From NCBI GenBank assembly GCA_965208325.1, contig OZ242326.1:3776001-3840000 (forward strand): a stretch of 64,000 bases of DNA, written 5' to 3'. Positions 1 through 9,897 of the stretch are shown here, in pieces; positions within the stretch are counted from its first letter, which is position 1; each line of letters starts with the position of its first letter. The DNA comes from Candidatus Poribacteria bacterium. GTDB taxonomy: Bacteria > Poribacteria > WGA-4E > PCPOR2b. The notes beneath the pieces are model-generated. The model searched no databases. It had not been told where the DNA came from and was given only the letters and a program-made list of their open reading frames with translations. The position numbers were made by a program, and so were the translations under genes.

Positions 1-2013
1 CTGAATTTGGTCGATCTCAAAGAAGGGGACTATGTTGTACATGTATCACATGGTATCGCTGTCTATACAGGGATTCGCCGTCTGGATATTGACGGCAAGC
101 CTCAAGATTTTTTGGTTCTGAACTACGCGGGAGGAGACATACTTTACGTTCCCACTCACCAGATTGATTTCGTACAGAAGTATGTCGGAGGAGATAACGA
201 GGGAAAAGGCCCCCGATTGGACAAACTTGGCGGTACCTCGTGGCAGCGGGTTAAATCCAAGGTGAAAGCGTCCATAGAAGAAATGGCGGAGGAACTGCTT
301 GAGCTCTACGCAATTCGCGAAGCGCGAAAGGGATTTGTTTTTTCGCCGGACACATCGTGGCAGCGTGAATTTGAGGCAATGTTTCCTTATGAAGAGACGC
401 CCGATCAACTACAAGCAGTTGAAGAAGTCAAAGAGGATATGGAGCGGGTACGCCCCATGGATCGGTTAATCTGCGGAGATGTGGGATACGGAAAAACAGA
501 AGTTGCGCTCCGATCGGTGTTTAAGGCGGTGATGGATGGCAAACAGGCCGCTGTTCTTGTGCCGACGACAGTTCTCGCTCTGCAACACTTTAACACGTTT
601 AAAAATCGATTCGAACATTTTCCTGTCAGTGTAGAGATGCTGACACGCTTCCGAGCAACTAATGAAGCGAAATTTGTAAAAGCGGGTTTAGAAAAAGGTG
701 CCGTTGACATCGTCATCGGCACCCATAGTCTGCTGTCGGATACCCTCAAGTTCCACGATTTAGGTCTACTAGTAATTGATGAAGAGCATCGCTTCGGGGT
801 TAAACATAAAGAGAAAATCAAGCAGATTAAGCAAGTGGTTGATGTCATCACCTTGACAGCAACGCCGATTCCGCGTACACTACACATGTCCCTAATTGGA
901 ATCCGCGACTTTAGTGTGATTAACACACCCCCTGAAAATCGACTGCCAATTGAGACCTACGTGATGGAGTATAACCCCGATGTGGCAAAAGACGCAATTT
1001 TGCGTGAGATGGAGCGGGGCGGGCAGGTCTATTTTGTCCACAATCGTGTGCAGAGTATCGCAAGTATTGCTGCGTCAGTTCAAAGACTCGTACCGCAAGC
1101 CCGGGTGAGCATCGCACATGGACAGATGGCCGAACGTCAACTAGAAAAAGTCATGATAGACTTTATTAACCACAAATCCGACGTTTTGGTGTGCACCATG
1201 ATTATCGAATCGGGGCTTGACATACCTAACGTCAACACAATTCTGATTAACCGTGCTGACGCGCTCGGATTGGCGCAGCTTTATCAATTGCGCGGGCGCG
1301 TTGGGCGCGCACAGTATCAGGCATACGGTTACCTTTTCTATCCTCAAGGGCGTGCGATTACTGAGAATGCACAGAAACGGCTTCGAGTTATTGAGGAGTT
1401 TACTGATCTTGGGTCAGGGTTCAAAATTGCGCTTAGAGACCTCGAAATCCGTGGAACCGGCAACATCCTTGGTCCCCAACAACACGGCCATATCGCTGTG
1501 GTGGGTTATGATATGTATTGTCGGTTGCTTGAAGAAACCGTACGCAAACTTAAGGGCGAAAAGATTGAAGAATCAGTCGAAACGCGAATTAGCTTGCCAG
1601 TGGAAGCATATTTGCCTGATGAGTACGTGCCCGACAGTCGGCAGAAGGTTTCGCTCTATAAGAAAATTGCCGCATTGAAGACGGAAGCGGATCGGAAAAG
1701 TCTTTCAGAAGAAATCATCGATCGATATGGCAAAATCCCCGAACCTGTCGAGATGTTGCTTGAAATTGCCGAGCTTAAACAGCTTTGTCAATCATGCGGC
1801 GTTGAAGGGATTGTTTCGGGGGGCGGTAATGTAAAGATTTCGTTGGATGAAGCGAAGTCGAATGTTGACCCTAGTAGGTTTGTTCAGGTAATTCAAGGCG
1901 ATAAAAGACTCTCACTTTCACCGCCTGGCCGCCTGATGGTCAATACAAAAGGGTTGGTTGGCAAATCCCTCTTACTCGCTCTCAAGCGAATCCTCGTCAG
2001 AGCGTTTCGTTGA
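1..2013 (+). CDS. mfd: Transcription-repair coupling factor (5'-partial; starts before the window)
   Basis: CarD/TRCF RID motif (GDYVVHVSHGIA), DRLICGDVGYGKTEVA, DEEHRFGV, TATPIPRTL, QLRGRVGR, DLEIRGTGNILG, and a C-terminal TRCF domain. Confidence 0.97.
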   Translation: MNLVDLKEGDYVVHVSHGIAVYTGIRRLDIDGKPQDFLVLNYAGGDILYVPTHQIDFVQKYVGGDNEGKGPRLDKLGGTSWQRVKSKVKASIEEMAEELLELYAIREARKGFVFSPDTSWQREFEAMFPYEETPDQLQAVEEVKEDMERVRPMDRLICGDVGYGKTEVALRSVFKAVMDGKQAAVLVPTTVLALQHFNTFKNRFEHFPVSVEMLTRFRATNEAKFVKAGLEKGAVDIVIGTHSLLSDTLKFHDLGLLVIDEEHRFGVKHKEKIKQIKQVVDVITLTATPIPRTLHMSLIGIRDFSVINTPPENRLPIETYVMEYNPDVAKDAILREMERGGQVYFVHNRVQSIASIAASVQRLVPQARVSIAHGQMAERQLEKVMIDFINHKSDVLVCTMIIESGLDIPNVNTILINRADALGLAQLYQLRGRVGRAQYQAYGYLFYPQGRAITENAQKRLRVIEEFTDLGSGFKIALRDLEIRGTGNILGPQQHGHIAVVGYDMYCRLLEETVRKLKGEKIEESVETRISLPVEAYLPDEYVPDSRQKVSLYKKIAALKTEADRKSLSEEIIDRYGKIPEPVEMLLEIAELKQLCQSCGVEGIVSGGGNVKISLDEAKSNVDPSRFVQVIQGDKRLSLSPPGRLMVNTKGLVGKSLLLALKRILVRAFR

Positions 2014-2336
2014 TTTTGGAAATGCCGCTAAAAGCCGTCAACACAGTCCTGTCGCAAGAATTGCTGGACAAAACAGCTGGCCCCATCACCATCAATAGAA
2101 TCAAGAGCCGCACGGCTTATGATTCCGCAGCGCGATAGATACTCAGCAGTGAGCACGTTTGTGTTGAGTCGGCATGCCGTTTTTTATGTTTCTAGGCAGA
2201 TGTACATTTTTGCCTAGTTCCTAGTTCCGTCAATGAATGGGACGATGAAGCAGGTGCAGGTCTTTAGCATTTACGAGTTTACCTACACCAAATACACAAC
2301 ACTTAGCATATACAATATAGAAAGGAGTGGCACACA

Positions 2337-3338
2337 ATGAAGTATACCTTGAGCGTGTTAGCTGTGATTGTAGCAATATGTTTTACCGCTTGGCGGGTTG
2401 TTCAATCGCAAGATTTGGATTCATCTACAGAATCTGTAGATGAAAGTCAAATAACAGTAGCGGAATACAACTGGGAGGGTAACGCGAAGCAGATTTCACT
2501 CGCCGATCTGAAGGCGGCGATTGAAAAGTTGCCGCCCCACCGCCAAGAGAAATACGGCGATAGAACTAGTAAGGCGGAGTATTTGGACGAATTGATTGCA
2601 GAAAAACTGAAACTCCTCGCCGCCATTGAAAGGGAATTTGACAAAGACGAGGAATTCCTAAAAAAGGCAGAGGACTATAAACACCAGCTTATGGTTGAGC
2701 GGCTAACCGAAAATGAAGTCGATAACAAAATCTCCTATACTGAGGAAGACATCAAGCAATACTACGAGACGAATAAAAGCGAATATATTGAAGAACCTGA
2801 GGTTCAAGCAACTTGTATTGCCTTGCTGGATGAGGACCGAGCGCAGGAAGTATTGGAGGAGATTAAGGCTGGTAAAGACATCGTCGCAGCGGCGAAGGAA
2901 CTCTGGGAAGTTGGTGAATTAGAAGGGCCCGGCGTCAACGAAGAAGAACCCGGACGTACTCGCTTTTTCTCGCGAGATGAGGCCAATGAATGGAAAGAGT
3001 TAATCGATACCCTCTTTGAAATGGAAATTGGTGAAATGACTCAAGAGGTCTTTGAAACTGACATCCGAGATAAAACTCACTTCATGATTTTCAGTAAAAG
3101 GGATCACAGGCCTGAACGCCAAAAAGAGTTAGATGAAGTCAGAAATCGCGTTGAACGGCAAGTAGAGCGTGAAAAGAAACGCCAACGAATCACAGAGTGG
3201 GTTAAAGCATTTACAACCGAAGGCAAACTCAAGACTTTTCCGGAACGTATTCCCGAGCCTCAACCGGATGAAGAAAGTGAAGAGGAAACCTCGCCGGCGA
3301 CGGAAGAAGCTGCGGAAGAAAAATCTGAGGATATGTAA
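2337..3338 (+). CDS. PrsA/SurA-type foldase with a degenerate parvulin domain
   Basis: Signal or anchor peptide, helical SurA-N-like region (EDIKQYYETNKSEY), parvulin-like core and acidic tail. AGGAG RBS upstream. Confidence 0.75.
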   Translation: MKYTLSVLAVIVAICFTAWRVVQSQDLDSSTESVDESQITVAEYNWEGNAKQISLADLKAAIEKLPPHRQEKYGDRTSKAEYLDELIAEKLKLLAAIEREFDKDEEFLKKAEDYKHQLMVERLTENEVDNKISYTEEDIKQYYETNKSEYIEEPEVQATCIALLDEDRAQEVLEEIKAGKDIVAAAKELWEVGELEGPGVNEEEPGRTRFFSRDEANEWKELIDTLFEMEIGEMTQEVFETDIRDKTHFMIFSKRDHRPERQKELDEVRNRVERQVEREKKRQRITEWVKAFTTEGKLKTFPERIPEPQPDEESEEETSPATEEAAEEKSEDM

Positions 3339-3427
3339 ATCCTAAGAACAAAATTCGCCGCCATAAGCGAGTTTGTTCATTATGGGTGGCGAAAGCCAAC
3401 AAAAAGTATGATTATGGAGGAATTATT

Positions 3428-4435
3428 GTGAAGAAACTGGGAAATATTTGTTGCATTTTGCTTAGCGGGTTTGTACTCAACATCGTTTTCATCGGCTGCG
3501 GCGGAAAAGCAACCGGTGCTGACGGAACAGTGATTGCAGAGTTTGAATGGGATGGCAAACATCACATTACCCTTGAAGAGATGATGGCGGAGATTGACGA
3601 ACTCCCGGACTACAAAAAACGGCAATACAAAGAGAAGCAGGAGCTCGAAGAATATATGACCCTCATGGCAGAGAGTCGGTTGATACTCTGCCTTGCAAAA
3701 GATCAAAAACTCGATGAAGATGCAGAGATTCTGGAAAAAGTGCACGATTATCTGCATGAATTGATGGTTGATAAGCTTACCGAACTCGAAGTTGACCAGC
3801 AGCTAACAACAACTGAAGAGGACTTTAGGCTTTACTTTGAGGAGAATAAAGACAGATTTGTCGAACCTGAACAGGTACGGGGGATTGCCATAGCTGTTGC
3901 AAACAAAGCCCGTGCCGAGGAAGTGCTTCAGCAGATAAAAGACGGCAAAGATATCGTTGAAGTTTCTAAAGAACTAATAGACAGGGGCGAAATGGAAGGC
4001 CCAGGTTCAAACCCGGCGGACCCCGGCGCAACGGGATTCTTTTCGCGCCACTCTTATCCCGAAGAGGCGCAGCCTTTTGTTAAGGTGGCGTTCGATTTGG
4101 AGGTCGGCCAAACAAGCGATGAGATTATTGTTATCGAATTTGGGCGGCCGTATTACATGATTTTCCGCAAAGATGAACATAAACAAGAACGCCAACAAGA
4201 ACTTGAGGAAGAATATGTGCGCCGCAACGTGGAAAGAGCTGTCGAACGCGACAAACGTAAACAACTGATGCAAGCATGGATTGAGCAGCTCCGCGAACGC
4301 GCGAAGGTGAAGACGTACATCGATCGAATTCCGGAGGCACCAAAGGAAGACGATGCCGGCACAGAAACTGAAGCTGCTGAGGATGATTCTTCTTCCGCCG
4401 ACGATCCCATTGAAAGTAAGTCTGAGGAACAGTAA
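3428..4435 (+). CDS. PrsA/SurA-type foldase, probable lipoprotein; paralog of the upstream gene
   Basis: GTG start after GGAGG. Lipobox-like FIGC, YFEENKDRFVEPEQVR, AFDLEVGQTS, WIEQLRERAKVK. Confidence 0.78.
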   Translation: MKKLGNICCILLSGFVLNIVFIGCGGKATGADGTVIAEFEWDGKHHITLEEMMAEIDELPDYKKRQYKEKQELEEYMTLMAESRLILCLAKDQKLDEDAEILEKVHDYLHELMVDKLTELEVDQQLTTTEEDFRLYFEENKDRFVEPEQVRGIAIAVANKARAEEVLQQIKDGKDIVEVSKELIDRGEMEGPGSNPADPGATGFFSRHSYPEEAQPFVKVAFDLEVGQTSDEIIVIEFGRPYYMIFRKDEHKQERQQELEEEYVRRNVERAVERDKRKQLMQAWIEQLRERAKVKTYIDRIPEAPKEDDAGTETEAAEDDSSSADDPIESKSEEQ

Positions 4436-4530
4436 TGTGAGTCGGGTATTTGGCTTTAGGTGAGATCGTAACCTTTAATGCCTATGCCCAACTCAAATTT
4501 CCAATTGGATTTTACGGAGGTACATCCTAT

Positions 4531-5847
4531 ATGCGCTCCGCGAACTTGATTTGCCAAACTCTCCTTATATTGTTTTTTGTGGCAGTCGGGCACAACTCTC
4601 TGTTTGCGCGGACATTTGATGAAATTATCGCTTATGTCAACGACTCCGTAATAACCAAATGGGAACTCGAAAACGTCGTGAAACAACGCGCAATGGAACT
4701 ACAGACCGCGCATCAATTCAGTCCACGTGAAGCTATGGAAAGAGCGGAACAAGAACGCCAAGAGCTGCTTGACCGTCTGATTCGCCAAATGCTCCTCGTA
4801 GAAACTGCATTAAGCTTGAAAATTGAGGTGACGGATGAGGAAGTGGAACAATACATCCAAAACTTTAAGAAAAATGCAAAAATTGAAACAGAAGAGGAGT
4901 TCATAGAACAGCTGAAAAGAGAGGGATATACCCTGAGTGCCTTTCGAGAGCAAGCGAAGCGGAACCTAATGGCGGAGCGGCTTTTAATGCAGCGTGTACT
5001 GCCAAAACTCCAGGTCAGAGATGCGGATGTCATGAAGTTTTTTGAAGAAAACCGGCAGCAATTTACAACGAAAACTGACGAGGTGCATTTGAAGCACATC
5101 TTCATCGCTTTCAAGGCTAGCGACGCCAAGCGGCAAGCCGCGCTTAAAGAGATGGACGCCATTCTTAACGAAATTGAAATGGGCAAGTCATTTGCCGAAC
5201 TTGCCCGCCGCTATTCGGAGGATGAACAGGGTCAGGAGCGCGTTTCATCGAAAGTAGGCGAATTAATTCAGTGGCCGATAGCAGAGATTTCGAATCTCTC
5301 CCAGCCATTCCGAATTGCACTTTCTACACTAAGCGCCGGCGATCTTAGCGAGCCTATTGAAGGGAATGATGGAATTTATCTCTTCAATGTTGAAAGTAAG
5401 ACTAACCAAACGATTTCGTTCCGTTATCTTGTAATCCATCTAACACCAGGTGAAGAAGCTATTGAAAAAGCAAATGAACGCGCCAATCTTGTTCTACAGG
5501 AATTACGCCAGGGCGCGGATTTTAATACGCTCGTTAATCAATATTCGGACGATTTGGAAACGAAATCAGATGGCGGCAATCTTGGTGTGCGTTCACTCAA
5601 CGATTTGAATCCCAATACACGGAAGGTCATTGAGGCACTTGCAGTTGGAGAATATAGTGCACCGCTCAAAACCCCGCATGGACTACACATCTTCACGGTT
5701 GATTCTCGAACTGCCGTCGAACTTACTGAAGCGGAAAAAGAACAAATCCGCCTCGTGTTGCGTGAGCAAAAATTTCAAGAGGGATGGCAGGCTTACACGG
5801 ATACAATTTTGAAGGGTGCATACGTCAAAATCAATCCGATTAAATGA
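4531..5847 (+). CDS. surA: SurA-like chaperone with two parvulin PPIase domains
   Basis: ATG after GGAGG. DEIIAYVNDSVITKWEL (SurA N-terminus), VHLKHIFI, SFAELARRYSED, YSDD..SDGGNLG, PLKTPHGLHIF. Confidence 0.8.
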   Translation: MRSANLICQTLLILFFVAVGHNSLFARTFDEIIAYVNDSVITKWELENVVKQRAMELQTAHQFSPREAMERAEQERQELLDRLIRQMLLVETALSLKIEVTDEEVEQYIQNFKKNAKIETEEEFIEQLKREGYTLSAFREQAKRNLMAERLLMQRVLPKLQVRDADVMKFFEENRQQFTTKTDEVHLKHIFIAFKASDAKRQAALKEMDAILNEIEMGKSFAELARRYSEDEQGQERVSSKVGELIQWPIAEISNLSQPFRIALSTLSAGDLSEPIEGNDGIYLFNVESKTNQTISFRYLVIHLTPGEEAIEKANERANLVLQELRQGADFNTLVNQYSDDLETKSDGGNLGVRSLNDLNPNTRKVIEALAVGEYSAPLKTPHGLHIFTVDSRTAVELTEAEKEQIRLVLREQKFQEGWQAYTDTILKGAYVKINPIK

Positions 5848-8800
5848 AGAGAGAAGACACAGAATGGAAGGGAGGGAAAGAAAGCGACCCAAAACTGGAA
5901 GACCAAATAGCCAAGACTCAAATTGGATTTCATTTCCTAAATCTCCCGCTTTACTGTATTCTCATTACGTTTTGTGTGTTACTGGCTGTGCATTACGTTT
6001 TACATCTCACGCATTATCAATAACTTTTCTCGCCTGTTTCTCGCTTGCATCTGTTTGTTCCTTGGCCGCCCAAGATAATCTCCCACCTGCCGCTGGCGGC
6101 GTTGATACCGCAACGGATGTAAAGAATCAATCCGAACCTTCTCCCGATATCCAAGATACTTCCCTAGAAAACGAGAAAAAGCGCAAGTCCCAACTGGATC
6201 CTGATAATACTACCCCCGAAGAAGGTAAAGTCATAGGTGATGGCGATGAGATATTCGTCCAGGAGAATATAGTCCAGATTCACGGAAATGGGCTAATCAA
6301 ATTTGAGGACGTCGTGCTTCACGCAGACCATATTTGGGCGGATTTTGACGAAAATATCATGCGTGCGGCCGGCAACGTGCGTCTCATTGTTGAAAATGAG
6401 GAAACGCATGCGAACGAATTAGTTTACAACCTCGACAACAAAAAGGGAGTTGTGCGGGAAGGATTTACATACAGCGATCCCTGGTATTACCGTGGTACAG
6501 AAATCTTCAAGGTCGAAGCGGATGAATCCTACATCCGCGGCGGTTCACTTACGACCTGTTCCCTCAAACACCCTCATTTCTACTTTAGCGCCTCTAAAAT
6601 CATCGTCAAAATTAACAAAGAATTAATAGCGAAAAACATTGTGCTGAAGGTGGGTGGCATCCCGCTCTTTTATTTCCCGGTCTACCGCCGTGATTTGCGC
6701 AAGGATAAAGTCGCTAAGGTGATTGTAAAACTTGGAACTGATAGCTATCAGGGGCCGTTTGTCAGCATCATTTTGCCACTCGCACGCCGGCAGCGGTATG
6801 ATGGCGCGCTGCTGTTCGATCAGAGTGCACGCCGAGGCGGCGGTAGGGGATTCGAGGGAAAATATCGTGTCAATGACGTCAAATTTCAAGAGATTCTTGT
6901 ACCCATTCCCGATGATGCAACACCAACTGAACGCGCGAATCTTGAAGAAAAAGCCGAAGAGTTATCAGATCGATTGGAAGGCAAATATGACAATTTTAAG
7001 ATGCGCCAGATATTCTTGGAATACAAGATTAGCGAAGACGATGTCGCACGGGCGCATGAGGAAGCAAACGAAATCTACACACAACTCCAGGCGGAAGACG
7101 GCGATTTTGCCGAGATAGCTCAAAGCAGTTCTGACCATCAAGATACCCGTTATCAAGGCGGAAATATGGGTTTTCTGGTGCACGGAGAGCGGGACGAGGA
7201 CGGCGAACTTAGGCTCAATCCAATTTTGGAAAACGCTGCTTTCCAGCTGCAACCCGGGGACATTAGCCCGATTTTGCAGACCGAAACAGGGTTTCACATT
7301 TTAAAAGTAGAACATGTCATTGAGGTGTACGGTGAACGGGAGATTCAGGTGCGTCGAATTGACATTGTGGTGGAACCAAGTGACGCAACTCGAGAATCTA
7401 TTCAAGCTACCGCGGATGAAATTCAGGAACGTGCAAGCGCCGGTGAGACGTTCGATCAGTTAGCTGCCGAATACGAAGAAGCAGAAGCAGCCAGAGTTAA
7501 TCAAGGCGCGTGGATGCCATTAATTGAAATGGACAATCGTTGGCGGTATTCGGTGCGTCAGTTTGAACACCCTGGTGAAATCACACCGCCAGTAAAGACC
7601 AACCTCGGGGTTTATATCTTCCAATTAATTGAAAAGCAGCCGACGCCTAGTTTTGAAGACATTGCTAGCCAATTTGAAGCAGAATGGGCTGCTCTGCAAG
7701 CGGAAAAAGAGGTAATAGAAGCCCGGGAAGACCCAGAGGAACAAGATGGGGCAGAACCAGAGGAGAACGGCGAACCTCAATCGGATAGTACACATGACGC
7801 AATACAGTATACGGAATCTGATAACACAATAGATTCGCCGGAAGAAGAAAACTTGGACGAGGAAAACGGAGAAGAGGAAGCGAAAGTCTACGAGAAGTAC
7901 GGCTTTCGTGGCAAGTGGGAAATGCCGCGGAATGTCGCTTCACAAACCCAACGGCTTTATCGGGGCGAATCGAGCCGCGTTATCAAAACAAAGAAAGGGT
8001 ACCGCCTCGTCAAAGTTGATAGGAAACGCACTTTCAGGGGCGATTTGCTATTTCTCGCCGAAGACCAATATTCGTCTAATCGCAAAAAACCCTTCAGAAC
8101 CGGACAAAAGTGGACCATGCGGTGGGGGCATAACCATGTCATTTATACGCCTTGGGATAGCCGAGCCAAAGGGCGGCGGCCTGTGAGTTGGGTGAGTCGC
8201 GTGCTGTGGGGCGCACGAACTTACAAAGAAGGATTAGGAGAGAATGAGTCGACCATTGACTCCTTTTCCGTGGTGACTTGGGGTTCCGCATTGTCGGCAC
8301 GGGATACGGACGATTATGACGAGGATGGCAATTTGACTTTTTCTCGGGAGACCATCGGAGAGTTCTTGGGGCGTTTACAGGTGAATCACACCTTAGATCT
8401 CACAGGGGAAGGGACAACAACTCTGCAAAAACTGCCTGCATTCACGGTCTCACTGTCTCGAATGCGCTTCAATCGGCTGCCGTTGTTCAAAACGCTAAAT
8501 TCCGGTCTAACCTGGGTTGCTGATAAATTACGCACTGACCGCCCCATTCTTTCAATGGTTTCTTTCCCTACGCTTGAAAACACCAGCTTTGATTTCGACA
8601 CTGCCTTGGGCAACTTCTACCGCGAACGATATAGGGATGAGGAAGATGTGTTCTTGCAGACGATGGATCTTGGCTTCGATCTCCGGAAACAATCGACCTC
8701 ACAAATTATGCCTAACCGCGAGTTGTTGCTTGATGTTACGCTGCAAAGCAACCTAATTTGGCATTCCAAAGACCGAGCTGGCAACCAAAATATCTTGCGT

Positions 8801-9691
8801 GGTGTGTACAGTACACGAGCGACCGCGAGCAATACGCTCTTTCGAATATATGACATCGGCTTTATTCCTGGCGTACGCCGTATGCGGCATCAAATTGATT
8901 CGAGTCTCAAATTGAATTATCAACCACCTGTTGAAAGGGAGGAAGATGACCTTTACCCGTTTGGCCCCAGCACTCACTTCTTTGAAAGAAAAAGTCTCGC
9001 TTATGTTTTCCGTACGAGCATTGAAGTGAAGACGCGCCGCAGCAAATCTGCGCTCCGGCTTCTAGACTTCACAACTCGATTAAGGGCAGACTTTTCCGAA
9101 CGCGCCAAGGAGAGAAATCGAGAATTCGACCTGATTGAAAGCGATTTAAGGATTACTCCGCTGGCGAGCCGTAAGATGACTATTACAATGCGCACAACCC
9201 ACAATCCTAATGAATCAGAGATTGGCGGGGAACGATTCAAAATGGTCGGTTTTCGTACGAATCTCAGATACCGGCGAACAACGTGGCATTTTTCATTGGG
9301 GAGTTCGTTCAATAAAAGGACAACACGTGCCAGACGGGATTACACGGCGAGTTGGAGTTTCCGTCCGAATAGGCTCGTGGAGTTTGACTTCAACCTAATT
9401 TATGATTGGATTGAACAACAGTTCTATTCGCAAAGTATCGCGGTACGACGGAATCTCCATGACTGGAATCTGACCATACGGTGGAATCGCCGCGGCATCA
9501 GGCGCGGTACAGATTCTGACAATGTCCGCCAAGATTTCATTTTTCAAATTAACCTAATCGAAGAGTCTGCAGCTTCGGTTGGGCTTGGGTACGATGCGAC
9601 AACGGACACGTGGGGCTTCCGAAGTCTGCCCGCAGGCGTGCCCTATAATGCCTTTAGCGCTGGAACGACGCTTGGACGTTCTTATTTTTAA
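5816..9691 (+). CDS. lptD: LptD-like LPS-assembly outer-membrane protein with inserted parvulin domains (start uncertain, possibly 5864)
   Basis: OstA/LptD jellyroll motifs (LHADHI..AAGNV, ELVYNLDNKKG, GSLTTCS..PHFYF, VGGIPLFYFP). Parvulin motifs in the middle. Beta-strand-rich C-terminus with RRNLHDW. Confidence 0.78.
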   Translation: MHTSKSIRLNEERRHRMEGRERKRPKTGRPNSQDSNWISFPKSPALLYSHYVLCVTGCALRFTSHALSITFLACFSLASVCSLAAQDNLPPAAGGVDTATDVKNQSEPSPDIQDTSLENEKKRKSQLDPDNTTPEEGKVIGDGDEIFVQENIVQIHGNGLIKFEDVVLHADHIWADFDENIMRAAGNVRLIVENEETHANELVYNLDNKKGVVREGFTYSDPWYYRGTEIFKVEADESYIRGGSLTTCSLKHPHFYFSASKIIVKINKELIAKNIVLKVGGIPLFYFPVYRRDLRKDKVAKVIVKLGTDSYQGPFVSIILPLARRQRYDGALLFDQSARRGGGRGFEGKYRVNDVKFQEILVPIPDDATPTERANLEEKAEELSDRLEGKYDNFKMRQIFLEYKISEDDVARAHEEANEIYTQLQAEDGDFAEIAQSSSDHQDTRYQGGNMGFLVHGERDEDGELRLNPILENAAFQLQPGDISPILQTETGFHILKVEHVIEVYGEREIQVRRIDIVVEPSDATRESIQATADEIQERASAGETFDQLAAEYEEAEAARVNQGAWMPLIEMDNRWRYSVRQFEHPGEITPPVKTNLGVYIFQLIEKQPTPSFEDIASQFEAEWAALQAEKEVIEAREDPEEQDGAEPEENGEPQSDSTHDAIQYTESDNTIDSPEEENLDEENGEEEAKVYEKYGFRGKWEMPRNVASQTQRLYRGESSRVIKTKKGYRLVKVDRKRTFRGDLLFLAEDQYSSNRKKPFRTGQKWTMRWGHNHVIYTPWDSRAKGRRPVSWVSRVLWGARTYKEGLGENESTIDSFSVVTWGSALSARDTDDYDEDGNLTFSRETIGEFLGRLQVNHTLDLTGEGTTTLQKLPAFTVSLSRMRFNRLPLFKTLNSGLTWVADKLRTDRPILSMVSFPTLENTSFDFDTALGNFYRERYRDEEDVFLQTMDLGFDLRKQSTSQIMPNRELLLDVTLQSNLIWHSKDRAGNQNILRGVYSTRATASNTLFRIYDIGFIPGVRRMRHQIDSSLKLNYQPPVEREEDDLYPFGPSTHFFERKSLAYVFRTSIEVKTRRSKSALRLLDFTTRLRADFSERAKERNREFDLIESDLRITPLASRKMTITMRTTHNPNESEIGGERFKMVGFRTNLRYRRTTWHFSLGSSFNKRTTRARRDYTASWSFRPNRLVEFDFNLIYDWIEQQFYSQSIAVRRNLHDWNLTIRWNRRGIRRGTDSDNVRQDFIFQINLIEESAASVGLGYDATTDTWGFRSLPAGVPYNAFSAGTTLGRSYF

Positions 9692-9897
9692 GGGCAAAGA
9701 ACCTCAGCAATTCCTTCTTACCCTCTATTCCATGTGCTTAATCACGTCCCATAATTTACCTTTCTAGTCTTTATTGTTTGAATTTTCAAATCAGTCAAGG
9801 CTACTTGTTGTTACCCTAGAACTTGTGATATAATCCCACCCGGTAAAACCAAGCTGCCGTATTCAAGTCAGATTTATGTAGTGAGGAGAAATCAACG

